This document shows positions 26,166-39,816 of a stretch of DNA of 64,000 nt, piece after piece. Below the pieces are notes generated by a model. The model searched no databases. It had not been told where the DNA came from and worked only from the letters and a program-made list of their open reading frames with translations. The translations under genes were made by a program, and so were the position numbers. Position 1 is the first letter of the stretch, and each line of letters begins with the position of its first letter. This stretch comes from Bispira polyomma (Eukaryota): NCBI GenBank assembly GCA_965649765.1, contig OZ287755.1, positions 53,320,001 through 53,384,000 on the forward strand. Reading direction: 5' to 3'.

Positions 26166-29100
26166 GTTCGTATACCATGTTTAAAATTTATAAAAACATG
26201 ATGCTATTTTATAAGTTAGGATTAGGGCCTCGTTTAACATGAATCTTCAGAAATCTAGGTTTGGAATTATCAATATCAGAATATTTATAACTGCAATTCT
26301 AAAGGTTTTAATGCCATGGTTGCTGGATCCCATTTCAGTATTGAAATACAAGTATAGCAAATCATTGTATTTTCGGCCCATATATTGTTTTTGGCTCTTA
26401 ATAGAGGTTAAAATATTGTCTGTAAACCAACATATGGTTTTCTAATGGTTGGACTTATTAAAATGAACCAGTATCAGTTTGTTTGAAACTTAATTTTAAA
26501 AATTTTATTGTTTTGTTCCAATAAAATATTGTTTATAAAAAATAGCCTGCAAAGCAATTGAAACCATAAGTGCTTAATAGGCCAAATATACGGTGAAACC
26601 TCTATTATCAGAACTTCTGTTATCCGAATATTCGATTTTATGACCACAATTTCTCTGCCACCAATTTTCTTTCCAAATCATTATCTTTTGATTTATTGAT
26701 CCTATTATCTGAACAAAATCTTGTGCTCTCAACATGTTTGTAAAATAGAGGTTCATATTGATTGTGCTGTACTGTTATATTGATACCCTAACATAATATT
26801 TTGTTTGTTCCTGCACATGTTTAGCTGAACTTTACAGTTTACTCCCCATTAAACTGGAAGTGCTATTTTCAAACTAAAAAACGGCTGCAAATAAATGACT
26901 CCTAATGAAACAATCTCCACCTGTATATTATGATATTATATATCAGTGGTAAAATTGGTAAAAATGACTTCCTTTTAAATTAATATACATATTGTCATTT
27001 CAATGTACAATGCTATTAAAATATACATGTTGTCATTTCAATGTGCAAGGATAGTACCACAAACTATTGTCCTGAATAGGAGCGTTTTTCTAAGGCACTG
27101 TGCACTAATTGCGTTAAATACGTTAGGAACATTCAAGAATACAGGAGCACTAACCATGCTATATGACATTGTGTGCTTCTATGTGTACTGTTTTTTATTG
27201 ATTTTTTTTTGTGGTTACAAGACATGAATACATTACATGTGAACATAAAAATACATTACAGATACACTACAATGGTTTACAAAACATGAATACACTAAGA
27301 CAGAACATCAATTATCCAATTTTTAGAGTAGAGGTTATTTATTAAATGCTTACATCAAAATAAGTATAAGTGATAGAGATTTGCTGATTACATGCTTGGG
27401 AAGCTAGATACATAAGCTTTCTGGTATATTTTACAAAATAAAAATATATTCTAAAATGGCTGAGAAAGTTTAACTTGAAAGGAGTCACTAGTTGGAGTTT
27501 CAACTATTAAATATGTAAACTACCTGTTTTTATGTAAAACTCACCTGTTTTTAACAAGTGAGCCTAGCAAGCTTACACCTTTATGGTATGGCTCAGATTT
27601 GGTTTTGCGATAGCATTTTTGGAAAAACAGCCTGAAAATTTAACTTTAAACTTTTATACCCATTTTTAATTTTGGGAATAATGCAGTCGAATCATTTTCT
27701 TAATAAAAAACTCTTATAACAGTGAAAAAATGTAGGTTTCAGTGATATAACCTTTTACATAGAAATGACTACATTTTCTCTACTACATATTTTATACCAT
27801 CCTCGACTCCACCTACTTCGCGGTCTTACTAAAACACAACTTTATTTAAAATTGGAACGCCACCCCAGATTCACGTTTTCATAACTGGGACTAAAGTGGG
27901 GTACCTGTCTTGAAACTTATACATGTATCAGCTGTTTCTGAACCTATTTTGATCAAACAAAAAGCACAGTAATCACAATAAAATAAGCTTTTTCAACATA
28001 TTTTTTATCAAATTTTTAAGTTTATTAATTTTAAAGTTATTATTAATTGTGCTTACAGATTTTTTGAGGGGATTGATTCTAATAACAAATCCGTGAATAT
28101 TGGGCTTTTTACGAGATTAAAATATTGTAAACAATGATCAGCTGTTCTGTAAATACCATGATGTCACTGCACATACTGAAACATCAATTGGTGTTGCAAA
28201 AATATCCTGGTACAGAGCAGTAGTTTACTGTTTTACTGCATTAAATGGCAATATCTTCATCAATATTTAACCTAAAAGTTTTGGGGTTTTTTTCCATCAC
28301 CAGAAAGACATTATTTTGTGCCATTTGACAGTTCAAACTGTTTTCAACCCAAATGAATATTCGCGGAGATAATTGCAAAAACCATAAATATCTTAACAGT
28401 TAAGAGATAAATAGGGATTGATCAAATTATGATTTTTTTTTTGTAACTACTTAAGCTAAAATTTTAAGATTTATATGTCATGAAAGAGCAATTAATACAC
28501 TTTCTGACCCATTTTACAGAATAAAATTTCAGTCAGTTTTGTTTGAGATAGTAGTCTTTATATTGTACATACATCTTTTACTATGAATTCTATGGGGCAG
28601 TCATTGGTATTTTATTGTCGTGAGAAATCTGCGTACCTGTCTGCATTCTATCCTGCATGCAAATAGGTCTGTTGTTACATATGCTATAAAGGGCTCATTT
28701 TCAGATCACAATTCAAACTGCCAATGGTGAAAATAGATTTTTAAATAGTAAAGCATTTACCATAAATTTAATATGAAGGGTGATTATGTGATGAAATAGC
28801 CACTTAATAGCTGTAATACTAATTGGGACTGTATATCCAAAATTAATTGTGCTTGTTATATATGATATAAGTGGCTCATTTCCGGAAGACCATGCAAACT
28901 TCCAATGTTGAGCATAAACTTCTAAATAGTAAAGCATTTGCAATACATTTATTATGAAGAGTGATTATGTGATGAAATAGTCACTTAACAATTGTAATAC
29001 CAGTGTAGGGTAAGTTTAGTAGTGACACTTTATGCTAAAATGGGAAAATTTTCATTTTTCACCCATGTGCTTCGGTCTAATTTTTAAAAGCCCAGATTCT

Positions 29101-29821
29101 AGGACATTGGTTATTTCGTCTCTTCCTGTGCTACTGATCGCAAAACTGAAAGAATTTAAAAATCGGACAATTATTAAGGAAGATGAGCATTGAAAGTTTT
29201 TATACATGGTTAGTCCACTCCATTTTTCGGCCTTCAAACAAACAGTTTACCTTAAAAATATACAGCAGTCTTCTTAACCAATGAAATCATTTTATACTAA
29301 CATACCTTGACCCAAGGAGTGCTGTTATAAACTTCCAAATCATGGTATCTGATGGATCTTAATAAAATTGTCAAAACACAACATATTCTACTTTGAAATT
29401 AAATAAAAATGTGTCAGATCATGGAGCTTTTTATCTCTGAAGAGGTTCTTGCATTTGATTTATACTTGCTGAATATATGTCTACTTACAATAGAAATGAT
29501 TAAACTGTGTTTTAATGGGGGCTTTTTTATTTGTGTTACAAAACAACCTTTTACGGAAAAATGTCCATACCAAATGCAAATGGTCAGACCACTACATATG
29601 ACAGTCTCTTTCTATAACTTACAAACATGATAGGAACAAACAAAACAGAAATAGCTACACATAATATGTACAGAATAAAGAATACTACATCTTATACAAT
29701 ACTGCACATAAATATTTCATTATCTCATTTATTTCATGATGGGTTAAAATACTATTTCCTTCCTCCCTCAGACTCAATAGGTCCTGTATAATATTTATAT
29801 GAACAACATCAATACTAAGCT

Positions 29822-30450
29822 TTTATAATAATAATAGAAGCATTTATAAAGCGCAAACTGATAAAAAACCTCTAATGCGCTGAATTCCAAAAAGGGATTG
29901 TCCTTTATCAAGCGAAGGTTGTTACTAAGTGAACGCCAACCAGGAAGTAACTAAGGTGGGGGATATGCCAGTCTGAGTAAGTGAGTCTTAAGCTGGCTTC
30001 AAAAACCTGATAGTGTCTGCTGGGATCTGACATTTTGTGGCAACCTGTTCCATTCTGCCGGTGGAGCAACAGCAAAGCTGCGCCTTCCAATTTTTCGTTC
30101 AGGGCGAAGTGAAGCAGATAGTCTATTTCCACGTGTGAGGCTGCTGGACTTGATTAAGGAAGATAGGTAGGGGGGTTAGTAAGAGTTAATAGCCTTGAAA
30201 ACTAGGAGGTTGTACTTTAAAAGGATGCGATGTTCAATAGGAAGCCAGTGGAAGTTGAAGGTAAGGGGTGACATGGCTGAATCTGTCAAGCCTGTAAACA
30301 ATGTGACAGAGAGCATTTTGGACTCTCTGGAGTTTGGCAATATTAGCCTTACTGACCCCGTATAGTAAAGAGTTGCAGTAGTCCAAGCGACTACTGACCA
30401 TAGCATTTGCCACCAGAACTGCAGTATTAGCGCTAAGAAATCTACGAATT
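29822..30450 (-). mobile_element. L2/CR1-group LINE 3' fragment
   Basis: FHWLPIEHRILLKYNLLVFKAIN motif, AAAPxxWN-like motif and a (TTA)n-type tail at ~29825. Confidence 0.7.
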
Positions 30451-30459
30451 TGTCACAAG

Positions 30460-32150
30460 TCACGTAGATGATAGTAACAAACACAACATAAGTTTTCATC
30501 ATATGCCATACTTGTGTTTATGAATACATAACTGTTGCCAACACTAGAACAAGTACAACTTTTTGCTGAATTGGAACATAAATTAATAAAACTATTTTCA
30601 ATGCACATTGCATCACCGAAAAATTTAACCAACCTTTTATGTAAATGCATTTCTTCAATTCTGTCATTTACAATATAAGATAAAAACCTACAGTGTCTGT
30701 TAGAGGTATATTTAATAACCTCCTTATACATTTACACGATGTCATATGAAATCTGCTTACATCATTACCAGAGAAGGGCCACAAACAACAGCCATACGAT
30801 GGCATACAGTATGCTTTTAACAATTTGTATTTTACCTCAGTATTAGACATGTGAAAATAAGACATTATAATATAGACGTTTGCCACAAATTCATTTATAT
30901 TTTTCTGAATGCTATCTTTTTCTGTATTATTCCCAATAAGATTGCCCAAGTGGCTTGCAGTAGTCTCACAATATATTTTATGAGTGTTAAACATCACATA
31001 TTCATTGTGCTCATTATTTCTTGAAGAACCAAATCTCACAAGTGTTAGTTTTGCTAGGGTTGAACTTTAAATGATATTCTCTACCAAAAGCATGTACAAC
31101 TTGTAACAGTAACTTAGCTGATGTTAAGGTTGGAGCTAAAATTTGTCACATCATCTGCATTGACCAGTGCTCCACAAAATGAATTGCCTATCCAACAGCC
31201 ATAACCTGATTTTATTAACATTTGAAGGAGCTCATCAAAGTAAACTGTAAATAATATAGGAGACAATACCCCTCTTTGTTTCACAGCATTTTTAACACTT
31301 GACTCGTAAGTTTTGTTCAGTGTATAATATAATTAAATTTCTTGCTGTAACTTGATATAACCTTCTCTTAATGGGGACACTGAAAAGTTTAACATGTTGG
31401 ACACGATTAAATGTTTGTGTTGTATCAAGTGGAAGGCAATATACATTACTATTATTGTTACTATAACACTGAAAAATTTCTTTTAAAACAAAAGTACACT
31501 TAACTGTGGAATGTTTACTTTTAAAACGAAATTGTAAATCACATGCATTCAGAACATTACTGTTTTGAGAAAGTATTACATTATCAAACATTTTATCCAA
31601 TATACTACTCAAAGCTATCGCTCTACAGTTGTTAGATTCATTAAAAGATTTACGTTTGTTTTTAATTATTGGAGTTATAGTACCAAGGGTCATATCACCT
31701 GGTATAGGACCATGATGTAACCTACATAAAATCAATATTGAAATATATACAAATGACAAGTGGGACGCATTTATTATGTTACAAGAAAATGCCTTGTGCA
31801 TCCCATAATCTTTGTTATTCTTCAATTTAGAAACATTATTAATTACATCATTTACAGTAATTACATGCTTATTATAACACTTGCCTTCAATAAAATTCTC
31901 AACAATTTTATTATCAATACTGTTACATAATGTTTTTATCTCGTCAACAGTACAGAAGTATATAAGGTCTTATATTTATCACCAAATAGATCACAAATTT
32001 TCTGTTTTCCAGTAACTTTATGAACATTCAGAATACTAGAGGTTTTATTGCTTAATTTCTTTTTCACTTCAGTCCAGAATTTTCTGGAGTTGTTACATGA
32101 TATGGCATCGGCCATTTTGGGAAAATACTCCCAAAAACGTAAAGTATACA
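30460..32150 (-). pseudogene. Decayed non-LTR retrotransposon RT (CR1/L2/RTE-X-like)
   Basis: ITPIIKNKRKS..SNNCRAIALSS, LQFRFKSKHST, VKQRGVLSPILFTVYFDELL, CGALVNADDV, LLKAYCMPSYGCCLW. Confidence 0.85.
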
Positions 32151-32689
32151 AAAATATAACAACATGATGGCACACCTGTCAAATTCTAACATAACTAAGA
32201 ATATTTTTCTTTTGTAAAAATGCCAAAACATACAGAATTTTTAGACTATGACAATATGAAAACTGGAACTTTTAAAAACACTCAAAACCTATAATGCTTG
32301 TATTAGAATTAATGAAAACTAGCTTAAAGGACATCGCAATAGCTTTCTGGTGACACTACAATGAAAATTTTAGGTCAACTATTCATCTAGTTTAAATTAT
32401 AATTTACTTATCACATTTGTTACATCACCATTTTTCATCACTATTTCATTTGCCTAGAAGTAGCAAGACAATTGTAATTTATTAAATTGAAACCCCAATA
32501 TATGAAATATGTGCATCTTAAGATTTTCATTGGTGTTTAAATTATAAAAATCAGACAAAGATTTCACAGTGTATTCACTGCAGGGACTGTATTAAGTCCA
32601 TTAGGCCATCTGCGAAAAATCGCAATAATTATATCCAAATAACTCCTTAAACCCTAATTTAAGAATCTGTACAGCACGTTCAAATTATG

Positions 32690-33501
32690 AAAATCGAAAA
32701 CTTACAAAGATTCTAGATGTAGAATCAAAATGGTCAGGTATGTTAGATATTCCCAATTAAGATAATATATGGATGAATAGTTTCAAAGCCTGCTTTACAG
32801 CAATACAGGAAAAGACGATTATTTGGTTTCAATATACAATCATCTTTAACATATTGGATACCAAAGAATATTTACACAAAACAAAGGTTTCTGATACTGA
32901 TATTTGTAGTCTCTGTAAACAGCACCAAGAAAGTAGTCAGCATTTGTTTATTCATTGCTCATATTTAAATGATCTATGAGAAAATGTTCAACAGCAGATT
33001 CGTAATAAATAGGCCATAAATATAGCACTCACCTACTCAACAAAAACTTTAGGGTATTATACACTTGATGAAAATTTTAGCCTTTTAATTTTATACTTGT
33101 AATAACAAGGTTTTATATACATTGTTGCTATAAAAAAACTTTCAGCTTAAACATATACTATCTTCCAAGGTTGATTGTAAGAAAGTTTCAAGAACAGAAA
33201 TACCTATCAGAGATTAATTTTCTGAATGCCAAATTTATGAAAAGATGGGAAGTGTGGCAAAATTTGTTTGAAAATGTTTAAATGATTTTAAATAATTAAT
33301 AAAAAAAATTCCCATATTAAAAATCTATAAGGTTAATGTGTGTATTTTTGTCAAATAAAATAGTATAATTTTGATATAAATATGAGGAATATGTAAAAAT
33401 TGTTATCTCTTAGAGCCAGTAATTACGTTCTTATCTATTGTGTACTGTATTGTGTATTGTAGTTTTGTATTGTCTGTTAAACAAAAAAAATTTAAAAAAA
33501 A
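32690..33501 (+). mobile_element. 5'-truncated L1/Tx1-type LINE 3' end (CCHC zinc finger, A-rich tail)
   Basis: WFQYTIIFNIL.T..YLHK..SDTDICSLCKQHQESSQHLFIHC; A-rich tail at ~33480-33501. Confidence 0.75.
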
Positions 33502-34132
33502 AGATTCTAGAGTATTTAAATAATTATATAAAATATTCCCTTAAAACCTAATGTATGAAGTCTGTGCAGCACAAGGTGTCCATTGGTGTTTAGTAGTCTA
33601 AGCCCTAACCCTAAAGTTTTGAAATTTTTGTATGACCCTGACAGAATTTTGAGTTTTAGAAACTACTAGTGGAAACGACGACGTTGAGATGTTTAGCAAG
33701 AACCAATTCAAAACTCCCGAGATCTGTTACAAACTGTGATTAAACTTCAGAATATATACAAATTAAAAGGGGCAATGGAAGTTTCTTACTTTAGTTCTTT
33801 TGTTGGTCAATTCTTGGCTGTCTTTGCTTCAAAACAATGCCTTTTTAAAGTTGCCCAGGACATCTAGCACTGTGGCCCCCATGGGCCACTCAGTTCTTGT
33901 ATATATTAATTGTTAGATAAAGCAATTTGTTGCACTTTTAAATTTGTTTACGTTTACTGCCATGTTTACAGGAAGTGGTATGTAGTTTATTATCAGTACA
34001 TACTAAATGTCGAACGTTTGAAGCTGACCAAAATTCAGATATTTTAATATTGATTGACCCAACTGCCCAAGGAATAAAGCGAAAAAGATATGAAAAATAC
34101 CACTTAATATCATGGCTAATTCACACCAATGA

Positions 34133-34542
34133 TTATTTTTTTTTTTGGTGGCAGTGGCATTTTAGGCTTGTTTGGTGCTGGCCACTGCTTCTGTGAATGA
34201 ACGACGCCTTTACCATTTTCCGGTTGATTTGGCTTGTTAGCGGTGGTTGGCTGTTGCTGTAGAGATGACAGGGTAGGTTTATTACCCGGTGGTGGGGCTT
34301 TACTGTAGCTGTGGGTTTCATGCCGTCTGTGGTTTCTTTGCTAGTCTTCTCACTGCCAGAGTTTCTGTTAAATCCAATGCAATTCTCATACTCAACCAGT
34401 TCAATTTCTGAGTGACGTTGCTTTTTATCACCTGGTGGGTTGGCGGCGTTACAGTTGCTTACTGGTTTCTTTGTTATCTTGGTTTTATCAATCAGAGTGT
34501 CTTCAACTTGTGGATGAGCCTTCCCTTCTTCATGGTCTGCCC
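34133..34542 (-). CDS. Host gene terminal exon: cytoplasmic tail with YENC motif
   Basis: TTTAG|GADHEEGKAHPQVEDTL..IELVEYENCIGF..MKPTATV..HLYSN..QKKK*. The four exons join into a 1164-nt open frame (387 aa from ATG 39816). Confidence 0.8.
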
Positions 34543-35448
34543 CTAAAGTAGGATTACAGGTACATGGTAAAGTGTGTGAAAAACAGGTCTCATAACATTC
34601 CTATGTTTCTCTCTATTTTGGTTAGGACAGTACCCCCCAAAAAAATTGGTTCATGATGTTTAGTGGGTGAGACGATTTCCAAGGCAATTCTAACCCCCAG
34701 CAGGAAATCGCACCCCATATATTGTCATTGAAAAGATGGCTATACTTTATTGGAATATGTTACATAAGTAAAGACATAATAAAAGGAAAAGGAAGAGAAA
34801 GGAAACATATAATAATGAATGATAAAACTTTCTAAACCAACTTTATTTTCAACCAGTATTTATATTGAAGTTAAATTCATAAAAAATTATATGGAAGTAT
34901 AATTCATATAAATATATTAAATGTTGATTGCATCTGCATATCAATCACAAGATTTCCTAGGATATCCTTCACCTGGGGTGGGGGGTTGTGGAGTGGTTCA
35001 GGATGGAGGATTTTGTGGTTTACCAGGATAACGCAAAAGAATCCCCAAAAACCTAGTTATAGGAAGTCATCAAAACCAAATTAAAAACAACTTGTGCGTT
35101 ATGCCTAAAAACAACTAAAATATTTTAGTAGTGGGCAAACCTATTTTTATCATTTAATATAGTTTTTTACTCGAGATACTTAGGTGTTTAGCAAAAATGT
35201 GGCCGATACATTAATATTGGACATTCAACTTTATATTTAACTAATGTGTGAGCAGTATTTTACCCAATTTGTTAATTCATGCTAGGTGGTAACAAATAAG
35301 TCAATTTTTGAGAAGGTCATTGGAATTTACTGTCACCACTGAGTATGTTTTAGCAAAAATATCAATACAAGTTTCACTTCCCTAACTCATTAAGCTAAAA
35401 TACTCAATAATAATATTTCCTAGTGAAAATATCCAAGTTGTACATTAC

Positions 35449-35510
35449 CCCTGTTGAATCTGGTTTTTACTATTGTCTCTTCTTCAAATGGTCCTTGGTC
35501 AGAACACTTC
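35449..35510 (-). CDS. Host gene exon: juxtamembrane cytoplasmic segment
   Basis: ATCAG|..KCSDQGPFEEETIVKTRFNR..|GTAATG; phase 2 in, phase 1 out. Confidence 0.78.
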
Positions 35511-35779
35511 CTGATTTAAAGAAAAGTAAATCAAACTATATAAGAGTAAAAATCGTAATGATATGAACTTCTGATACCCAAATAGTTCCAGTCAAACACC
35601 TTTTAAGTAGCGTTCACACTGTGCACATTCGCGGTCCCCATTCTGTCCTGTTCTTAGAATGTGTGAGAACTTGTGAGAACTGGGCCTTAAAACGGTGTAA
35701 ACGAGCATGAACGGCAAGAATGAGAGCTACAACCGGAAATTTTTAACATGTTCAAAACTTCTGTAGGAGGACGGCTATG

Positions 35780-36465
35780 AAAGCACATCTTGAGAGAACT
35801 GGAAAAAAACCGGGCTAAAATGGGGCTTGAACTGCTTTGGACTTGTGTAAACGGGACATTAACTGCTTAGAACTTGTGTGATCTGCCCAGAACTAATAAT
35901 AATAGTTCAGCATAAAATTACATAGATACATTCAATAATGGGTAAGTTAAATGAAATGTCTGAAGTGAAATCACTTAATCACAGATACTATCATACAATA
36001 CAAGTACAAATATACATATATAACTTTATAGGTTTTGCTGTTATTGGCTTGAATAATATTCTATAATGTTCTATAACTAATTTATTTTATATGTATCAAT
36101 CAACAATTTCTCTGAAAGCACATCTTGAGAGAACTGGAGAAAACGGCATAAACAGGGCTAAAACAGGACTTGAACTGCTTAGAACTTGTGTAAACGGGAC
36201 TTTAACTGCTTAGAACTTGTGTGATCTGGCCAGAACTAATAATAATAATGATACTCATTTATTCAGCATAAAATTACGTAGATACATTCAATAATGGGTA
36301 AGTTAAATAAAATGTCTGAAGTGAAATCATTTAATCACAGATACTATCCTACAATACAAGTACAAATATACCTATATAACTTTATAGGTTTTGCTGTTAT
36401 TGGTTTGAATAATATTCCATAATGTTCTATAACTAGTTTATTTTATATGTATCAATCAACAATTC
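35780..36465. repeat. ~335-350-bp tandem duplication in an intron, next to a Harbinger-like terminus (GCGTTCACACT at ~35610)
   Basis: GAAAGCACATCTTGAGAGAACTGG...TCAATCAACAATT occurs twice in tandem. Confidence 0.85.
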
Positions 36466-36889
36466 CTTCATTCTATTTTTAAAACAAGGAAGAGTAAAGG
36501 AAGATATTACTGGAGTAAACTGGAGAAAACGTTACATAAACTGGGCATAAACAGGGCTAAAAAGGGACATAAACGGGCGATGCAAATATATGAATATGTA
36601 AATAAACATTTTCCCGCTTTTTCTCTCCCAATCAGCCAAGTTCTTCAGTAACTCTCTTTATTAAGATTACCCATTTTATTTGCAGAAATGGATGTTCTTC
36701 CACAAAAGGAATTTTCCCTTAAAATTTACTAGATTAGTAGAAATCTTGCTAAGCTAAAGTATTATCAAGAGCCTTATACCTATACTCGCCATTATCTCAA
36801 AACATACCAGCTGTATCTCTGTGTACAATAAAGATACCTCTAAAATCTGACTTAATATTTGGGTAAATTGGGTTTCTCACAAAATGTAA

Positions 36890-37200
36890 ATGTGTGCAGG
36901 TTTATAGTCTGATATGACCTCCAATGAGGTTTCAGCCAACTTAACAGTTTACACCCCCACCTAGCCTGTGGGTTCTTCAACTTGTCAATCAATTGTTCAG
37001 TCTCAGCTCCCTCAGGAAGTGTACTAGCTGTGCTGCCACATGCGGTGCACAAAAACTAACACCCATTACTGGCCAGGTACACATTTATACACCGGGGTAG
37101 AGAGGGAAAAAGGTGTAAAGCCCCTTGTCTAAGGGTTACAATCACCAGGCCTGTAGCAAGGATCGAACCTGGGCTCTCAAGATCCCTGAGATTCAAAGTC
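36890..37200 (-). mobile_element. tRNA-derived SINE with Deu/Nin-like central domain
   Basis: B-box GGTTCGATCC followed by CCCCGGTGTATAAATGTGTACCTGG and CTGAGGGAGCTGAG. Confidence 0.65.
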
Positions 37201-37467
37201 TGACAATTTTACAATGTTTTCCTTATGGTATCCGTTTCTGTCCCTTTTCGTGATTCAGCCGTCAGATATACATTTGTATCATCACACCCACAACCCTGGA
37301 TTACCGACCTGTTATGTCCCTTGACAATGATTTTGGATCAATCCTTTTGTTTCATTCGGCACACTGAGTTCCCTTTGTGGGGAAGATATTGCGCCTGCAA
37401 AGTAGTAGATTTAGATTTAGAATAACAGCAAGGAATCTCGCTAAATAGGGACAGATTATTCGGTCTA

Positions 37468-37695
37468 GGGCCGTGGTTGCCCTAGTGTCTGCTTCAAAAT
37501 CACGGGCCTCCCACATCTGGGGATCGAATCCCACAGATTCCTTCTTTACGTGAGAAAGTTTGTCAGGTACTTGCCATAGGTCGGTGGTTTACACAGTGGC
37601 TTCCACACTGGTTTCCCCCACCACTAATCCTGGCCGTCGCAATATGACCAAAGCTGTTGAAGGCACCGTAAAACCCAAATAAATTCAAATAAATG
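37468..37695 (+). mobile_element. tRNA-derived SINE (Meta-SINE-like)
   Basis: Head with GGATCGAATCCC B-box, GTGAGAAAGTTTGTCAGGTACTTGCC..GGTCGGTGGTTT..GGTTTCCCCCACC core, GTTGAA..GTAAAACCC and an AAAT tail. Confidence 0.75.
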
Positions 37696-37708
37696 AAACT
37701 GTACTTAC

Positions 37709-37802
37709 TTTTTGTACAGGAAGTATAGTACAGCCAGGACCAGTAGTATAATGACTACTACAACAATGGGAACAATAATCCACCAAGGGAGTCCAGCACC
37801 TG
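37709..37802 (-). CDS. Host gene exon: transmembrane helix
   Basis: TCAG|..AGLPWWIIVPIVVVVIILLVLAVLYFLYKK|GTAAGT. Phase 1 in, phase 2 out, matching its neighbours. An alternative acceptor lies 3 nt inside. Confidence 0.88.
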
Positions 37803-39218
37803 CTGACAATGTATGGGTTGATTTTATATGTCTACGTATACGAACAGTACTAGTGTAGCAAGATGTAATTTATGAAATATAGAATTCTAGGATATTGTAA
37901 GAGTTTCTAAAAATAGTAAAAATATAGAATATATTTTGTATATTTAAATAATATAATAATATTCATTATTCAGCTCACGGCTAGAGAGACTCTAAATACT
38001 ATAACGAACATCAACATAATATCACAAATAAGTAATAACTATGATAATAAATAAACTTGAATCAAACCTTTGATCAAACCTTTTTGAGTTTCCTATATAT
38101 TACTTCACAGTTTTGTATTATACTTTATCAATGTCATATGAACCTGTTCCCCATACCAAAAATTTCTACAAGCATATTTTTGTCAAAATCTGTGTTAATC
38201 ATGGGTGAAAAAATATATAGTTGACCAGAAGAAATATATACAGGGACCAGAAGATATACCTCTACTTAAGCATGATTTCCACTAAACAGAGTAGATTTTA
38301 AAAGAGAATGCTTTAGTAGGACCACAGATTTCGGTACACATCAAAGAGAAATTAACTGAACAGAGTTCTACTTAAAGGGGTTCGACTGTATTTTTTTCCT
38401 GTATCATTTCCAATCTTTTATGTAATTGCTCTTTAATTAAAGAATCTGGACAAGTGAAAACAAACCCGGAAGAAACAGAATTCTGAGGAATTTGGCATTG
38501 AAAAATCAGTTAATTTGGGGAAATGTACAGTTAAACAGGATTTTCTTTGAATATCAACTTTATTCAACAAAGCTTTAAGATGTACAAAATACATTAAAAC
38601 ACAATATATGGGACAGGTAGTGTATTGCTATTTATAACAGTAAACGCCTTAGCATTGAACCACAATGTATAACATGGCTTCCTTGATAAAAAGTGTATTA
38701 CAGAGGAACCCTGGTAAGTCAAATCTGAAGGGACCATCAAATTTTATTCTACTTAACAGAAATTCTACTCAACACTTAAACATTGTAAATTTTTTGGGTG
38801 AGACAGGGCGCCTGGTCACTCAAATATGGGCCGAATTTGTTTGGAAACGGAACTGAAACTAGTGATACAGGTGCTCGAAAACGTATGTTTTGTAGTAAAA
38901 TTCTTATATTATCGCCTATTATCCTAATTAACTTTTTAAGTTTTCCTTCTAATTTCCAATTTCCCCCCTAGATATTTGCCTTTATTTTTCGATAGATTTT
39001 GTTTACATCGGCCTCCATATTGCTAGACTGGTTTCTGAAATTGATTCATACTAAATTTGCGGGTTTCCAGATTCAAAACGGTTAGACATTTACGATTAGT
39101 CGGGCTGCATTTTTGGTGTCTGTCTCAACCCTAGTAAATTTTAATTCAAAATGTAGCAAATGGGACATTCAAAATAACTTCTACTTTACAGGTAATATAA
39201 CTTATCAGTTGACTGTAC

Positions 39219-39816
39219 CTGGTGCAGGTATTGTTGGTATCGCATCAACAGGGCGACAGCTGTATACAACTTTCGCCCAGCGGCTGTGACATTTGTCCCC
39301 ACATTCATACTTCCGACCCTTGCATTGTTTTAGGACTTTACTTATCACTGTCAGGTTACAAGTCTTCTCCCTGTTACACGTGGAATAGTCTTCTAAACTT
39401 GTAACATTGCATGTCTCCTTGGGTTTTTCGCAGCAGTTGCACTGTTCGGCTTCTTTGCAGGTATCATAGGAAGTCTGATTGGATTCCACGCAATAGTTAG
39501 CATTGTCATCCAGTGAGGGTAGGGACAAGGTCACAGACTTTATCTGTATATAGAGATCTTTTCCCTCCTCTTTACAACTGAGTCTTACAACTTCAGTTTT
39601 AAAATCATCATTTTTATAGGTAAACCTAAGTTTACTTGAACCCGTAACTTCTGGGTTGCTGTAGTAATAGGTAACTGTTTCAAAACATACATCTTTCATG
39701 ACTGGTTTTGTGGGTGTATCAGTGTCTCCATCCACATCCTTCAAAAAGCAGTAAAGCAGTACAAGTACTGCAAGGCCAAGGCTCTGCTTGATAGTGGTAG
39801 TGGCACTGGGAAGCAT
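39219..39816 (-). CDS. Host gene exon: signal peptide and Cys-rich ectodomain (possibly divergent SUEL-lectin-like) of a type-I membrane protein
   Basis: Open frame with hydrophobic LGLAVLVLLYCFL and many Cys (LSC..YC..C..CNCC..C..CNREKTC..C..C..C..VVYSC). Phase-1 GT donor at 39217-39218. Start is either the ATG at 39816 or a splice acceptor giving exon start 39767. Confidence 0.8.

Noticed and set aside
33601-33614. Telomeric repeat
   Set aside because: Only about two CCCTAA units; compatible with chance.
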